Source: Burkholderiales bacterium (lineage in GTDB: Bacteria; Pseudomonadota; Gammaproteobacteria; Burkholderiales; SG8-39). Taken from it: a stretch of 64,000 nucleotides of DNA. This document shows, in pieces, positions 35,729 to 46,225 of the stretch; position 1 is the stretch's first letter; the number at the start of each line of letters is the position of its first letter. The DNA lies in the NCBI GenBank assembly GCA_023383795.1, contig JAHDYJ010000004.1:22603-86602 (forward strand). The letters are read 5' to 3'. The notes below the pieces were generated by a model. That model worked only from the letters and a program-made list of their open reading frames with translations, was not told where the DNA came from and searched no databases. A program made the position numbers and the translations under genes.

Positions 35729-37438
35729 ATGAACCGCAGAGAATTCCTCGAAGTCCTCGCCGCGGCGGCCGCCGCCGGCCTCGTGCTCGACTCGCGCGCG
35801 GCGCTCGCCCAGGCGAGCGCCGATGCGCTCTACCGCGTGCCGAGGTTCGGCAACGTCTCGCTGCTGCACTTCACCGACTGCCATGCGCAACTGCTGCCGG
35901 TCTACTTCCGCGAGCCGAGCGTGAACATCGGCGTCGGCGGGGCCGCCGGCAAGCCGCCGCACCTGGTGGGCGAGCGGCTCCTGAAGGCGTTCGACATCGA
36001 GCCCGGCACGCCGGAGGCGCACGCGTTCACGTACCTGGACTTCGAGGCGGCGGCGAAGACCTACGGCAAGGTCGGCGGATTCGCGCACCTCGCCACGCTG
36101 GTGAAGCGCCTGCGCGCCGAGCGGCCGGACGCGCTGCTGCTCGACGGCGGCGATACCTGGCAGGGCTCGGGGGTGTCGCTGTGGACCAAGGGCGCGGACA
36201 TGATCGAGGCCTGCAAGGCGCTCGGCGTGGACGTCATGACCGGGCACTGGGAGTTCACCTACGGCGCCGAGCGCGTCAAGCAGGCGGTCGAGAAGGAGCT
36301 CGCCGGCAAGATCGAGTTCGTCGCGCAGAACGTGAAGACGCAGGACTTCGGCGATCCGGTGTTCAAGCCCTATACGCTGCGTACCCTCGGCGGCGTGCCG
36401 GTGGCGATCGTCGGCCAGGCGTTTCCGTACACGCCGATCGCCAACCCGCGCTACATGGTGGCGGAGTGGACCTTCGGCATCCAGGAGGAGGAGCTGCAGA
36501 AGGTCGTGAACGAGGCGCGCGGCAAGGGCGCGCAGGTTGTCGTGCTGCTCTCGCACAACGGCATGGACGTCGACCTCAAGCTCGCGAGCCGGGTGCGCGG
36601 CATCGACGCGATCCTCGGCGGGCATACCCATGACGGCGTGCCGCAGCCCACCGTGGTGAAGAATGCCGGCGGCCGGACGCTGGTGGCGAATTCCGGCTCG
36701 AACAGCAAGTTCCTCTCGGTCCTCGACATGGAGGTGAAGGGCGGCAAGGTCGCGGGCTACCGGTACCGGCTGCTGCCGGTCTTCGCCAATCTGCTCCCGG
36801 CCGACGCGGCGATGGCCGAGATCATCGCCCGCACCCGCGCGCCCTACGAGCAGAAGCTCGGCGAGCGGCTCGCGGTCACCGAGGGCCTGCTCTACCGGCG
36901 CGGGAACTTCAACGGCACGTTCGACCAGCTGATTCTCGACGCGCTGATGGAGGTGAAGGGCGCCGAGATCGCGTTCTCGCCCGGCTTCCGCTGGGGCACG
37001 ACGATCCTGCCCGGCCAGCCGATCACGCTCGAGCACGTGATGGACCAGACCGCGATCACCTATCCCTTCTCGACCCTCTCGGAGCTCACCGGCGCGCAGA
37101 TCAAGGAGGTCCTGGAGGACGTCTGCGACAACCTGTTCAACCCGGACCCGTACAAGCAACAGGGCGGCGACATGGTGCGCGTCGGCGGGCTCGCCTACAC
37201 CTGCGTTCCGGGCGCGAAGATGGGCGGCCGCATCGTGGACATGCGCCTCGGCGGCAAGCCGCTCGAGCCGGCGAAGAAGTACAAGGTGGCCGGCTGGGCG
37301 CCGGTCGCCGAGGGCGCGAGCGGCGAGCCGATCTGGGAGGTCGTGGCGGGCTGGCTGCGCGCCAGGAAGAGCGTGCCGCCGCGCAAGCTGAATCTGCCGC
37401 GGCTGCAGGGCGTCGAGGGCAATCCGGGGATCGCCTGA
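35729..37438 (+). CDS. soxB: Thiosulfohydrolase SoxB (dimanganese 5-prime-nucleotidase-like)
   Basis: Tat leader NRREFLEVLAAAAAAGL. Metallophosphoesterase motifs HFTDCH, GGDTWQGSG, GHWEF, SHNG, GGHTHD. Confidence 0.95.
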   Translation: MNRREFLEVLAAAAAAGLVLDSRAALAQASADALYRVPRFGNVSLLHFTDCHAQLLPVYFREPSVNIGVGGAAGKPPHLVGERLLKAFDIEPGTPEAHAFTYLDFEAAAKTYGKVGGFAHLATLVKRLRAERPDALLLDGGDTWQGSGVSLWTKGADMIEACKALGVDVMTGHWEFTYGAERVKQAVEKELAGKIEFVAQNVKTQDFGDPVFKPYTLRTLGGVPVAIVGQAFPYTPIANPRYMVAEWTFGIQEEELQKVVNEARGKGAQVVVLLSHNGMDVDLKLASRVRGIDAILGGHTHDGVPQPTVVKNAGGRTLVANSGSNSKFLSVLDMEVKGGKVAGYRYRLLPVFANLLPADAAMAEIIARTRAPYEQKLGERLAVTEGLLYRRGNFNGTFDQLILDALMEVKGAEIAFSPGFRWGTTILPGQPITLEHVMDQTAITYPFSTLSELTGAQIKEVLEDVCDNLFNPDPYKQQGGDMVRVGGLAYTCVPGAKMGGRIVDMRLGGKPLEPAKKYKVAGWAPVAEGASGEPIWEVVAGWLRARKSVPPRKLNLPRLQGVEGNPGIA

Positions 37439-37456
37439 CGCCTGCGCGCCGGGGGC

Positions 37457-39175
37457 TCACCCGCGGGTGCGCGGCTTCTCGCCGACGAGGCGCATGTCGC
37501 GCGGCTCGCGCAGCTTGAACTGCGCCGGCTCCTGGCGGACATTGACCAGGCCGGCTTCGGCCATGATGGCGCCGAGGCTCTGCGGCGTGTAGTTCCAGCG
37601 GTGGCACATGAGCGGGTCGCGCCAGGCGGGATCCCCGTAGAAGACCCACATCGTGCGCTGGCCCTCCTGTCCGGGACCTGCGCCGGCCACCGGGTTCCTG
37701 AGGAGCTCCTCGCACGCGGCGAGCAGATTCGGGCACTCGAGGATCATCCGGCCGCCTGGCTTCAGCACCCGCGCCCACTCCCGCAGGACGTCGACGACCT
37801 CCCACCGCCAGAAGTGCTCGACCACGTGCACCGCGAGCACCTCGTCCGCGCTGTCGGACTCGAACGGCGTCAGAGCGTGCAGGTCGCACAGCACGTCGGG
37901 CGACTTCCCGGCGCGACTCGCCGCGACGTCCACGTTGACGTAGCCGGGAAGGATCTTGTCGCCGCAGCCGAGGTTGAGCCGCACGACCGCCTCTCCGCCG
38001 GCCGCCGCAGCGGCGTCGCTCGGCTCGCCGCTCCCCGCGAGCAGACGCTCCCATTCGGCGGCGATCCGCTCCGGCGAGAAGCGGGCGGCGACGCGCTCCT
38101 GGCCGGCGCGAATCCGCGCGACCGCCTCGTCGGGATGGTCGAGCGCCCACGCGACGCCCGCGCCGAGGTCGTCCCCGACCCACGCGTAGTCGGCGAGCTC
38201 GAGGTACGACGGGATCGGCGAGGCGATCGCGATGCGCCCGCCGCGGATCGCCTCGACCAGGCGGTTGTGCGACTTCACGCGCCCCCAGCGCTCGCCGTGC
38301 TCCTGCGGCAGGATGACGAGATCGCAATCGTCGATCGCGCGCCAGGTCGCCTCGGGCGACCACGGCACGAACCGGGTGGCGAGCGACGGGTGCGCGCGAA
38401 GCAGCAGCTCCGCGAGGGCGGCGGCGAGCTCCCGCCGCGTCTCGTGCGTCACGAGCAGGAGCTCGGCGGCGCGGCCGCGCAGCCCGCCGGCCGCGCGCGC
38501 GAGACCCCGCGCGACCGATTCGAGGTTGGCCGTGCCGAGCTGGCCGAACCAGCAGAGCCGGGCCGGATCGCCGCGCGGGCCGCGCGGCGGGCGCGCCTGC
38601 GGGCTCTCGTACGGGTCCTCGATGACGTGGATGCCGCGCTTCGCGTACGGCGCGAGCTCCGCCCTCAACGCCTCGCATGCGACGGTCAGCACGCAGAGCT
38701 CGCCGAGCGCCGCCTGATAGCGCCCGAGGAACGGCTGGCCGGTCGCCTCGCCGATCGCGGCGTAGTTGTCCGAGAGATCGGCCACGAGCCTGATCCGTCC
38801 GCGCGCCCGGGCCAGCCACGCGAGCAGCGCTTCGAAGCGCTCCGGCGCGGCGAGCAGGTCCGCGGTGGAGAACTTCGTCACGACGAGGGTCTCGACCGGC
38901 GCGACCGCATCGAGCGCCGTGTCCGTAGCGAGGAGCTCCGGCGGCACCAGGTACACGGGTCGCGACTCGGCGAGGTGCAGCGCCGGCACGAACGCACGCA
39001 GCCGCACGCTCGCGAGCTCCGAGTAGAGCTCGGCCCCGGGGTCCACCCGGACCGGCTCGTCCACGTTCACCACGTACGCGAGCGCGCCCGGCTCGCGGCC
39101 GGCGGCCGCGGCGGGCTGCGCCGCCGGGCGGGCGGATCCCCCCTTGAGCAGCTGGGAAACGAAGCTTCGGAGCAT
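37457..39175 (-). CDS. Fusion protein: GT-B-like glycosyltransferase-type domain + C-terminal class I SAM methyltransferase
   Basis: C-terminus: LNLGCGDKILPGYVNVD...LAVHVVEHF...VLKPGGRMILECP. The N-terminal ~390 aa is paralogous to the 49395-50513 product (LCWFGQ.., CDLVILP.., ARFSPERIAAEWERLL). Confidence 0.75.
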   Translation of the reverse strand: MLRSFVSQLLKGGSARPAAQPAAAAGREPGALAYVVNVDEPVRVDPGAELYSELASVRLRAFVPALHLAESRPVYLVPPELLATDTALDAVAPVETLVVTKFSTADLLAAPERFEALLAWLARARGRIRLVADLSDNYAAIGEATGQPFLGRYQAALGELCVLTVACEALRAELAPYAKRGIHVIEDPYESPQARPPRGPRGDPARLCWFGQLGTANLESVARGLARAAGGLRGRAAELLLVTHETRRELAAALAELLLRAHPSLATRFVPWSPEATWRAIDDCDLVILPQEHGERWGRVKSHNRLVEAIRGGRIAIASPIPSYLELADYAWVGDDLGAGVAWALDHPDEAVARIRAGQERVAARFSPERIAAEWERLLAGSGEPSDAAAAAGGEAVVRLNLGCGDKILPGYVNVDVAASRAGKSPDVLCDLHALTPFESDSADEVLAVHVVEHFWRWEVVDVLREWARVLKPGGRMILECPNLLAACEELLRNPVAGAGPGQEGQRTMWVFYGDPAWRDPLMCHRWNYTPQSLGAIMAEAGLVNVRQEPAQFKLREPRDMRLVGEKPRTRG

Positions 39176-39278
39176 CTATCCGGCAACGCGTAGAGTGCCG
39201 CCCGCGTGAGCGCCCGCGGCATGATCATCGGAACCGATGTCGCTCCCGATGCGGGTGGAACCGGTGGACGTCGCGGAA

Positions 39279-40175
39279 CTACCGCGGCGCATCGAGCAGC
39301 GCGGCGATCCGGCCCCAGTCGTTCGGGAACAGCGCGAGCTGCTCGGCCTTGCCCTCCGCGAGGACCCCGAAATCGACCGCGAGGTACTCCGCGATCAGCG
39401 CGTCCAGATGATCGCGGATGTAGGTCGACTCCGGGTCGAGGTTGCGCACCACCGCGAGCCCGGTCGGGGTCGCCCCGATCGTGTGCACCACGAGGTCGGG
39501 CCGGTGCTTGCGCAGCAGCAGAACCAGTCGCCAGATGTCGCCGCTCCAGAACTCGGTGGCCCGGTCGCGGGCGGCGGTGCGCTCGTCGAGCGGGTATACG
39601 TCGTGGATGAGGATCGTCGAGCCCGGCGTGCAGAGCGGCTCGATGTTCATGAAGTCGCGCAGCGCAAACTCGAAGTGGTGCATGCCGTCGATGAACGCGA
39701 GATCGACCGGGAGACCGCCGAGCTCGGCGCGCACGTCGTTCAGCGCGAAGAAGTCGTCGCTCGTCTGGGCGAAGATCTTCACGTTCGGCGGGAGCGCAAA
39801 GTTGATCTCGGGCGCGGGGTCGACGCCCAGGGCGCGCGTCTCCGGACCGACGAGCCGGATCGAGTCGCCCTTTGCAACGCCGATCTCGACGTAGGTGCGC
39901 GGCCGGAGATGCGCATGGATGCGCGCGATCACGCGGAAATAGTCCTCCCCGGGCATGCTGATCGCCGCGAGCAGGAAATGGGCGCGGGTGTAGTTGGGGT
40001 CGAGCTCGAGCGCCGCCCGGCAGCCCGCGATCGCCTCCGCGAAACGGCCCGCTTGGGCGTCAGCCAGCGCGGCCTGGTAATAGGCCACGCGCGCATCGGA
40101 CGGCGGCTGCGCCTCGGCCGCCGGGACGCGCGCCGAGCGCGACGGCAGGAAAACCCTCAGCAGGTTGCCAAGCAT
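39279..40175 (-). CDS. TPR-repeat + class I methyltransferase (Methyltransf_24/TylF-like) protein
   Basis: N-terminal TPR (YYQAALADAQAGRFAEAIAGCRAALELDPNY). C-terminal YVEIGVAKGDS...LAFIDGMHHFEF...ILIHDV. Confidence 0.75.
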   Translation of the reverse strand: MLGNLLRVFLPSRSARVPAAEAQPPSDARVAYYQAALADAQAGRFAEAIAGCRAALELDPNYTRAHFLLAAISMPGEDYFRVIARIHAHLRPRTYVEIGVAKGDSIRLVGPETRALGVDPAPEINFALPPNVKIFAQTSDDFFALNDVRAELGGLPVDLAFIDGMHHFEFALRDFMNIEPLCTPGSTILIHDVYPLDERTAARDRATEFWSGDIWRLVLLLRKHRPDLVVHTIGATPTGLAVVRNLDPESTYIRDHLDALIAEYLAVDFGVLAEGKAEQLALFPNDWGRIAALLDAPR

Positions 40176-40292
40176 CCGCGGATCTTAACCCCGGGCACGC
40201 GGTCGGCACAACGTTCCTCCCGCCGAAGCGTGAAAGGTTCCCTTAACAGCGCGCGACGCGCGCCGGATGTCCCTCCGCCCTCTGGCCGAGCC

Positions 40293-42233
40293 CTACCCGG
40301 CCGCGCGGACCACGCGCTCGATCCAGTCGGCCAGCGCCTCGACCGCCGCATCGGTCTCGAACAGTCGCGGGTGTGCGGCGCTGATCTTGGCGCGGTACGC
40401 GGCCCTGGCCGCCGGATCGCGGGCGAATGCGACCGCGAGCTCGACGAAGTGCTCCGGCGAGCGCGCGACACAGTCGGTGACGCCCGCCTGCCAGTACATG
40501 CCCGCCGTCATGCGGCCGCGGAAGAGCTCGCCGGGCAGCGTGACCAGCGGGACCCCGAGCGACATCACGACGTAGCTCGTCACGCCGCCCGAGAAGTGGA
40601 ACGTGTCGAGCACGCAATCGGCCGCGAGCAGAATGCTCAGGAACTCGGGCGTCGGCGCGAACGGCCGGAACGTGATGCGATCGGCGACGTCCGGCATGAC
40701 GCGCGCGAAGCGCGCCTCGAGCTGGCGCTGCCACACCGGGTGCGTCACGTCCGCGAACAGGACCACCTCGCCGTCCGGATCGCGGCGCAGAATGCCGGCG
40801 AGCGCGGCGTCGAAGTCCGGATGCATCTTCTGGAGCATCATCGGGCAGACGTAGTAGCGCACCTCGTCCAGCCAGCCGAGCGCCGCGCGCGAGAGCGGCT
40901 CGGCCGGAGGCACTGAGCGGGGGACGTAGACCGCGATTTTCGGCAACCGCACGAGCCGCTCGCTGTAGTGCGCCTGCGCGTGCTCGCCATCCTGGAACAC
41001 GTTGCTCAGGAAGTAGTCGATCGTGGGGATGCCCGACGTGCAGGGGTGGCCGATCAGCAGGGCCTGCACGGGCGCCAGACGGCTGAACGCCAGGAAGTAG
41101 AGGAAGGGGTGGAGGAAAAGGTCGGTGTAGATGAGGACGTCCGGCCGGCGCGCCTCGATGCACGGGCGCGCGGCCTCCAGCGTCTTTCCGAGGGGCACGA
41201 AAGCGCCGCGCTTCTCCGCGGCCGCCTTGAGTTCCGGATCCATAAAGCGATCGCCGTAGGCGAACAGGACCGTGTCGAACCGGTCCCGCTCGATCAGCAG
41301 GCGCACGAGGTTGCGATACCAGACGCCGACCGAGTGGCGACCCAGATAACCCGATACGATGCCGACGGTCGGCCTCTTCCCCGCCAGCGGCTCCCCGGCT
41401 GCGGCCTGTCGCGACGCATAGCGGAGCCCGGGCGACGCATAGCGGAGGCCGGGCGACGAGCGCAGCATGAGTTCGGCGACGCGCTCGTTCGTCGCGCGAT
41501 CGTTGTGCCCTTGGTACCCGAGGAAGAACGGCGTGTGATGGATCGCCGCCACCGGATCGGGAATCGAAGGCGGCTGCGCAAGCAGCCGGTCGAGCTCGCC
41601 CTCGAACCAGGCGCGCGCATCGGCAAGCGCGGCGCGCGACGCGCCGATCTGCGGCACCGTGTCGATCAGCCGGTTGACCTCGAGCGCGCCGCGCTCGGTC
41701 GCGGTTGCGAGCTCGAGCGCCCGGTCGAAGTAAGCGCGCGCCCCATCGATGTCGCCCAGACGGTATCCGACGAGCCCCAGCATCTCGAGCGGCGCTGCGG
41801 CGTGCGGCAACAGGCGGCGCGCGAGCTGCAGGCATGCCTCCGCCGGAATCGGTTCTTCTTCGTTGATATAGTGCACCCCGCGCGCGAAGAAGTGGAATCC
41901 GACGCCCCGCTCTATCGGACGCCCGGCATCCAACTGGCGCGCGGCGTCGAACGCCCCCTGCGCGGCGGCGTCGTCGCCGGCGCGCTCTAGAAACACGCCG
42001 TGCAGTGCGCTCGCCAGCGCGTCGTGCGGACGCCGGCGCCGCGCACGCTCCAACACCTCGGCGGCCCCCGCCGCATTCCGCGCGGCGTGAGCCTTGCGCA
42101 GGGCACCGACAAGCGCCGGATCGGCGTCCGGAGGCAGGTCGGCAAGCGGGACCAGCTCGACCGCTGGGGCGGAGCCGCCGGAAAAGGTGCGAAGCAATCT
42201 GAGCAGCATGGTGTCCGGGCGGGGAACGCCCAT
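40293..42233 (-). CDS. TPR + GT41 (SPINDLY/OGT-like) glycosyltransferase, paralogue 1 (alternative start 42209)
   Basis: TPR N-half. C-half has GT41-like blocks (VGIVSGYLGRHSVG, VLIYTDL, FSRLAPVQALLIGHPCTSG, LDTFHFSGGVTSY). The ATG at 42209 gives the island-typical N-terminus MLLRLLRTF. Confidence 0.8.
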   Translation of the reverse strand: MGVPRPDTMLLRLLRTFSGGSAPAVELVPLADLPPDADPALVGALRKAHAARNAAGAAEVLERARRRRPHDALASALHGVFLERAGDDAAAQGAFDAARQLDAGRPIERGVGFHFFARGVHYINEEEPIPAEACLQLARRLLPHAAAPLEMLGLVGYRLGDIDGARAYFDRALELATATERGALEVNRLIDTVPQIGASRAALADARAWFEGELDRLLAQPPSIPDPVAAIHHTPFFLGYQGHNDRATNERVAELMLRSSPGLRYASPGLRYASRQAAAGEPLAGKRPTVGIVSGYLGRHSVGVWYRNLVRLLIERDRFDTVLFAYGDRFMDPELKAAAEKRGAFVPLGKTLEAARPCIEARRPDVLIYTDLFLHPFLYFLAFSRLAPVQALLIGHPCTSGIPTIDYFLSNVFQDGEHAQAHYSERLVRLPKIAVYVPRSVPPAEPLSRAALGWLDEVRYYVCPMMLQKMHPDFDAALAGILRRDPDGEVVLFADVTHPVWQRQLEARFARVMPDVADRITFRPFAPTPEFLSILLAADCVLDTFHFSGGVTSYVVMSLGVPLVTLPGELFRGRMTAGMYWQAGVTDCVARSPEHFVELAVAFARDPAARAAYRAKISAAHPRLFETDAAVEALADWIERVVRAAG

Positions 42234-42418
42234 ATGGCCGCATCGCGCGGCACCCTCGCAGTAACCGCCCGCCGGCGCCGGGTTGAGGGAATTCTAACCG
42301 CACTCGCCTGCAGGTCCGTCCGGCGACCGCGATCGGGACGCGACAATTTGCCTGTCGCGCAAGAAGCAGGCACGGGCTCGCGGGGCGCGCGTGCAATCTT
42401 GTACCTTGTTGCCGCCGG

Positions 42419-44518
42419 ATGCGTTCAGTAAGATCCCTGGCTCAACCGGCACGGAGACGAGGGCGCTGGCCGATGGGCTTGCTTGAGCGGGTTCGCCGCG
42501 CCCTTGAGCGCAGCGACGGGCAACCGGATCCAGCCCTGCTCGCGTACGTCGTCGCGCTCTACGAGAACGGGAGTATCGACGAGGCCGAAGCCGAATGCAC
42601 GCGCGTACTCGCCCGTCACCCGGGCAGCGCGCAGGCCCTGCACCTCCGCGGTCTCATCGCCGATCGGCGCGGCGACCGCCTGCGAGCGGAGCAGCTCATC
42701 GGATCGGCGGTCGCGGCGGCGCCCGGTGTCGGGCTCTACCGCTACAACCTCGGCAACGTGCAGCGCATGCTGGGCCGCGCCGACGCCGCGCTCGCCAGCT
42801 ATTCCCGGGCAGTGGAGCTCGAACCCGACCGCTTTGCCGCATGGTTCAATCTCGCGCAGTTGCATGCCGAGCAAGGCCGGCCGGCCCAGGCGATCGTCGC
42901 GTTCCGACAGGCGCGCCGGATCGATCCGGCGAGCGCCGAGGCCCGGTTGGGCCTCGCCGCGGCGCTCGTAGACGCTGCCCAGACCGGTGACGACGGGGCA
43001 TCCAGCTGTGCGGAAGCGCTCGCGCTGGTCGAGGGTTACTGGGCGCACGCCGCGGAGCCTTCGCGCGCACGCTTCGTTCTGGCGATGGCGCTGGCCGGCT
43101 GCGAGCGCTGGACCGAAGCCGCATCGCATCTCGAGGCGCTGGTTGCGGCGCATCCCGAGGCGGCCGAGTTGCGCAATCAGCTCGCCAACTGCTACAACCG
43201 CGTCGGCCGCGCGGCAGACGCCGTCGCGGAGTACCGCGAGACCTTCCGGCTCGCGCCCGATTTTCATCATGCGCTGACCGGCGTCCTCGGAACCCTGAAC
43301 GCCGTGGCCGAGGCGACCCCGGAGGAAGTGTTCGAGGCCCACCGCGCTTGGGCCGCCGCCGTTGCCGCACCGCTCTACCCGAGCGCGCCACGGTACCGGA
43401 ACACGCGCGATGCGCACCGCCGCCTGCGTATCGGCTATGTCTCGCCGGACCTGCGCCGCCATCCGGTCGGCGCGATGTTCGCGCCCGTGCTCGAACGCCA
43501 CGACCCCGCGCGCATGGAAACGTTCTGCTACTACAACTACCCGCGCGGGGACGTGATGACCGACCGCATGCGCCGCGCCGCGCATCACTGGCGCGACGTC
43601 TTCGGGCAGGACGACGCCGCCGTCGCAGAGGCGGTCCTGGCCGACGCGGTCGACATCCTGGTCGATCTCGTCGGACACACGCGGCACACCCGCCTCCCGG
43701 TCTTCGCGCGCAAGCCCGCGCCGGTCCAGGTCAGCTGGCTCGGGTACTTCAACACGACGGGGCTCGCGACGATGGACTATTTCGTCACCGACCCCGTCTC
43801 GTCTCCGCCGGGACAGGAGCGGTACTTCGTCGAGCGCCTGGTCCGTCTGCCCGCGACACGGTTCTGCTACGAGCCCCCCGAGTTCCTCCCTGCGGTGAGC
43901 GCGCTGCCGGCGCGCGCGCGCGGTCACATCACGTTCGGCTGCCTGAACAGTCTCGCCAAGCTGAACGACGGCGTGCTCGCGCTGTGGGCGCGGATTCTCG
44001 CCGCGGTCCCCGGCGCGCGCCTGTTGCTGCAGGCGTCCGCATTGAACGATCCGCTCGTGCAGCAGCGCTTGCGCGCGCGCGCCGAAGCGCACGGCATCGC
44101 CGCCGATCGGCTCGAGCTGCGCCGCTTCGTCCCCGTGGAGCAGGCGGGCCGCACGTACCACGACATCGACATCGCGCTCGATCCGTTCCCGTTCTGTGGC
44201 GGCATGACGAGCCTGGATGCCCTGTGGATGGGGGTGCCGGTGGTGACGCTGCCGCAGGCGATGATCGCCGGCCGTCAGACTGTGAGCATGCTCGCCAACC
44301 TCGATCTGCACGAGCTGGTCGCCGCGGACGCGGCGGCCTATGTGGCGATTGCCGTCGATCTCGCGCGCGATCTGGATCGCCTGGCAGCGCTGCGGGCGGG
44401 ACTGCGCGAGCGGTTCCGGCGCTCGCCCCTCGCCGACCACGACCGCTTCACCCGGGATCTCGAGGCTGCTTACGCCGGAATGTGGGCCGCATGGCTGGCG
44501 GCGCCACGCCAGGACTGA
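42419..44518 (+). CDS. TPR + GT41 (SPINDLY/OGT-like) glycosyltransferase, paralogue 2 (alternative start 42473)
   Basis: RIGYVSPDLRRHPVG, VDILVDLVGHT, FARKPAPVQVSWLGYFNTTG, FGCLNSLAKL and LDPFPFCGGMTS..LWMGVPVVT are canonical GT41 blocks following ~300 aa of TPR. Confidence 0.85.
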   Translation: MRSVRSLAQPARRRGRWPMGLLERVRRALERSDGQPDPALLAYVVALYENGSIDEAEAECTRVLARHPGSAQALHLRGLIADRRGDRLRAEQLIGSAVAAAPGVGLYRYNLGNVQRMLGRADAALASYSRAVELEPDRFAAWFNLAQLHAEQGRPAQAIVAFRQARRIDPASAEARLGLAAALVDAAQTGDDGASSCAEALALVEGYWAHAAEPSRARFVLAMALAGCERWTEAASHLEALVAAHPEAAELRNQLANCYNRVGRAADAVAEYRETFRLAPDFHHALTGVLGTLNAVAEATPEEVFEAHRAWAAAVAAPLYPSAPRYRNTRDAHRRLRIGYVSPDLRRHPVGAMFAPVLERHDPARMETFCYYNYPRGDVMTDRMRRAAHHWRDVFGQDDAAVAEAVLADAVDILVDLVGHTRHTRLPVFARKPAPVQVSWLGYFNTTGLATMDYFVTDPVSSPPGQERYFVERLVRLPATRFCYEPPEFLPAVSALPARARGHITFGCLNSLAKLNDGVLALWARILAAVPGARLLLQASALNDPLVQQRLRARAEAHGIAADRLELRRFVPVEQAGRTYHDIDIALDPFPFCGGMTSLDALWMGVPVVTLPQAMIAGRQTVSMLANLDLHELVAADAAAYVAIAVDLARDLDRLAALRAGLRERFRRSPLADHDRFTRDLEAAYAGMWAAWLAAPRQD

Positions 44519-44540
44519 GCGGGCGACGCGCGGCGGCGCC

Positions 44541-45113
44541 TCAAGCCTCGGAAGACCGGGCGCGCAGCTTGGCCTCGAGATCGAGCAGCGCGCGCGAGCG
44601 CGCGCCAATGCGCCGGGCGGGAATGCCGGCGTATAGCGTGAACGGCTCGAGCGATTTCTTCACCAGCGAGAGCGCGCCCACGGCGGCGCCCTCACCGATC
44701 GTGACCCCGGGCAGCACGACCGTTCCGGTCCCGATGACGACGTGGCGACCGATCCTCACCGGCGCGTCGGTCACCCGCCGGTACTCCAGCGGCACGGTCG
44801 GGTTGGTCATTCCCGCGCCGCTGAAGTCGTCCGTGCTCGAATAGACGGCGACGCGGCCCGACAGGTTGCTGAAGTCCTCGAGCTCGATGCGGGCCTTGCC
44901 GATCAGCGTGCACTGGCATGCGACATGCACGTAGCTGCCGATGCTTATCCCCCCTTCGCCTGCGGACAGCACGCAGAAATCGTCGATGCGCACGCGGTCG
45001 CCGAGCGCGATGCGCGGCGCACCGTGGATCGACGCCTTGTCGCTGACGAGCACGTCGGCGCCGATGTCCGCGAAGCCCAGTCTGCGCAACGCCTGACGGC
45101 TCAGGAACGCCAT
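44541..45113 (-). CDS. Hexapeptide-repeat (left-handed beta-helix) acetyltransferase
   Basis: 190 aa. Repeated [LIV]G-x4 hexapeptides (IGRHVVIGTGTVVLPGVTIGEGAAVGA). Overlaps the end of the aminotransferase gene by 13 nt. Confidence 0.85.
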   Translation of the reverse strand: MAFLSRQALRRLGFADIGADVLVSDKASIHGAPRIALGDRVRIDDFCVLSAGEGGISIGSYVHVACQCTLIGKARIELEDFSNLSGRVAVYSSTDDFSGAGMTNPTVPLEYRRVTDAPVRIGRHVVIGTGTVVLPGVTIGEGAAVGALSLVKKSLEPFTLYAGIPARRIGARSRALLDLEAKLRARSSEA

Positions 45114-46225
45114 GCGCCCCCCCCGGTGCCGCCGGCGATCGCCCGTCGCAGCATGCCGAACACGCGGCCCAGGTCGGCTCGCGTGAGCTCGAGATGGAAC
45201 GGCACGCCGAGTACGCGGCCCGACACCGCTTTTACGCCTTCCCTCGGCCCCGCCCTCTCCACCGCCGCAAACCCCGGGTGGTGCGACAGCGGCGGGCAGT
45301 ACCAGCGGCGCGACTGCACGCCGGCGCGCGCCAGCGCCTCGATCACCGCCACCGGCTCGACGGCCGCCGGCAGCAGCACCGGCGCGATCGTATACGCGCC
45401 GCCCACCGGCCGCGCCTGCGCGGTGACCGACGGGCACTGCTCGGGCATCAGCTCGAGGAAGGTGCGCCACTGCGCGCGTCGCGCCGCGGCGCGTTCCGGC
45501 CAGCGCTCCAGCGCGGCGAGCGCGACCGCCGCGTGATACTCGCTCAGCTTCGCGTTGGTGCCCGGCCGATCGACGATGCCGGTCGAGACATCGATGCCGA
45601 AATTGCTGAGCCGCCGGATGCGCTCGATCAGCGCGGCGTCGCGCGACACCACGAAGCCGCCCTCGCCGGCGCCGAGCGCCTTCGTGGCGTGCAGGCTGAA
45701 CGCGACGTGCGCGCGCCGCCCGGCACGCTGGTTGCCGAACGCTCCGGCCGCATCGATCACGACCGGCAGTCCGGTCTCGCCGCTGAACCGGTCCCAGGCT
45801 TCCGCGTCCTGTGGGCAGCCGAACGTCGCCACCGGCATCACCGCGTCCACCGGGCGCTCGGCGATCGCCCGCCGGGCGATTTCGGGCGTGAGGAGCCAGC
45901 TCTGCGGGTCGACGTCGGCGACCACCGGTCGGCAGCCGCTGCGCATGACCGCGGTAGCGGTCGCGACGAACGTGAAATCGGGAAGCAGAACGCGCGCCCC
46001 GTCGGGCAGGCCAAGCGCCTGCAGCGCGAGTTCGAGCGCCGCGGTGCCGCTCGCGAGCGTCGCAACGCGATCGTCGGCGGCGAAGTGCGCGCCCAGCCGC
46101 TCCTCGAGCTCGCGCACGAGGGGTCCGAAGTTCGTGTACCACCGCGCCGCGTCGACCCGGGCAAGATACGGCGCGAGCGCCGCCGCGGGCGGCATGTCCG
46201 GAACGAGCAGCTTGATCTCGTTCAT
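45101..46225 (-). CDS. DegT/DnrJ/EryC1/StrS-family PLP-dependent sugar aminotransferase
   Basis: MNEIKLLVPDM.., ASGTAALELAL, and FSLHATKALGAGEGG (PLP lysine). The ATG overlaps the stop of the upstream GT41 gene (ATGA). Confidence 0.9.
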   Translation of the reverse strand: MNEIKLLVPDMPPAAALAPYLARVDAARWYTNFGPLVRELEERLGAHFAADDRVATLASGTAALELALQALGLPDGARVLLPDFTFVATATAVMRSGCRPVVADVDPQSWLLTPEIARRAIAERPVDAVMPVATFGCPQDAEAWDRFSGETGLPVVIDAAGAFGNQRAGRRAHVAFSLHATKALGAGEGGFVVSRDAALIERIRRLSNFGIDVSTGIVDRPGTNAKLSEYHAAVALAALERWPERAAARRAQWRTFLELMPEQCPSVTAQARPVGGAYTIAPVLLPAAVEPVAVIEALARAGVQSRRWYCPPLSHHPGFAAVERAGPREGVKAVSGRVLGVPFHLELTRADLGRVFGMLRRAIAGGTGGGAWRS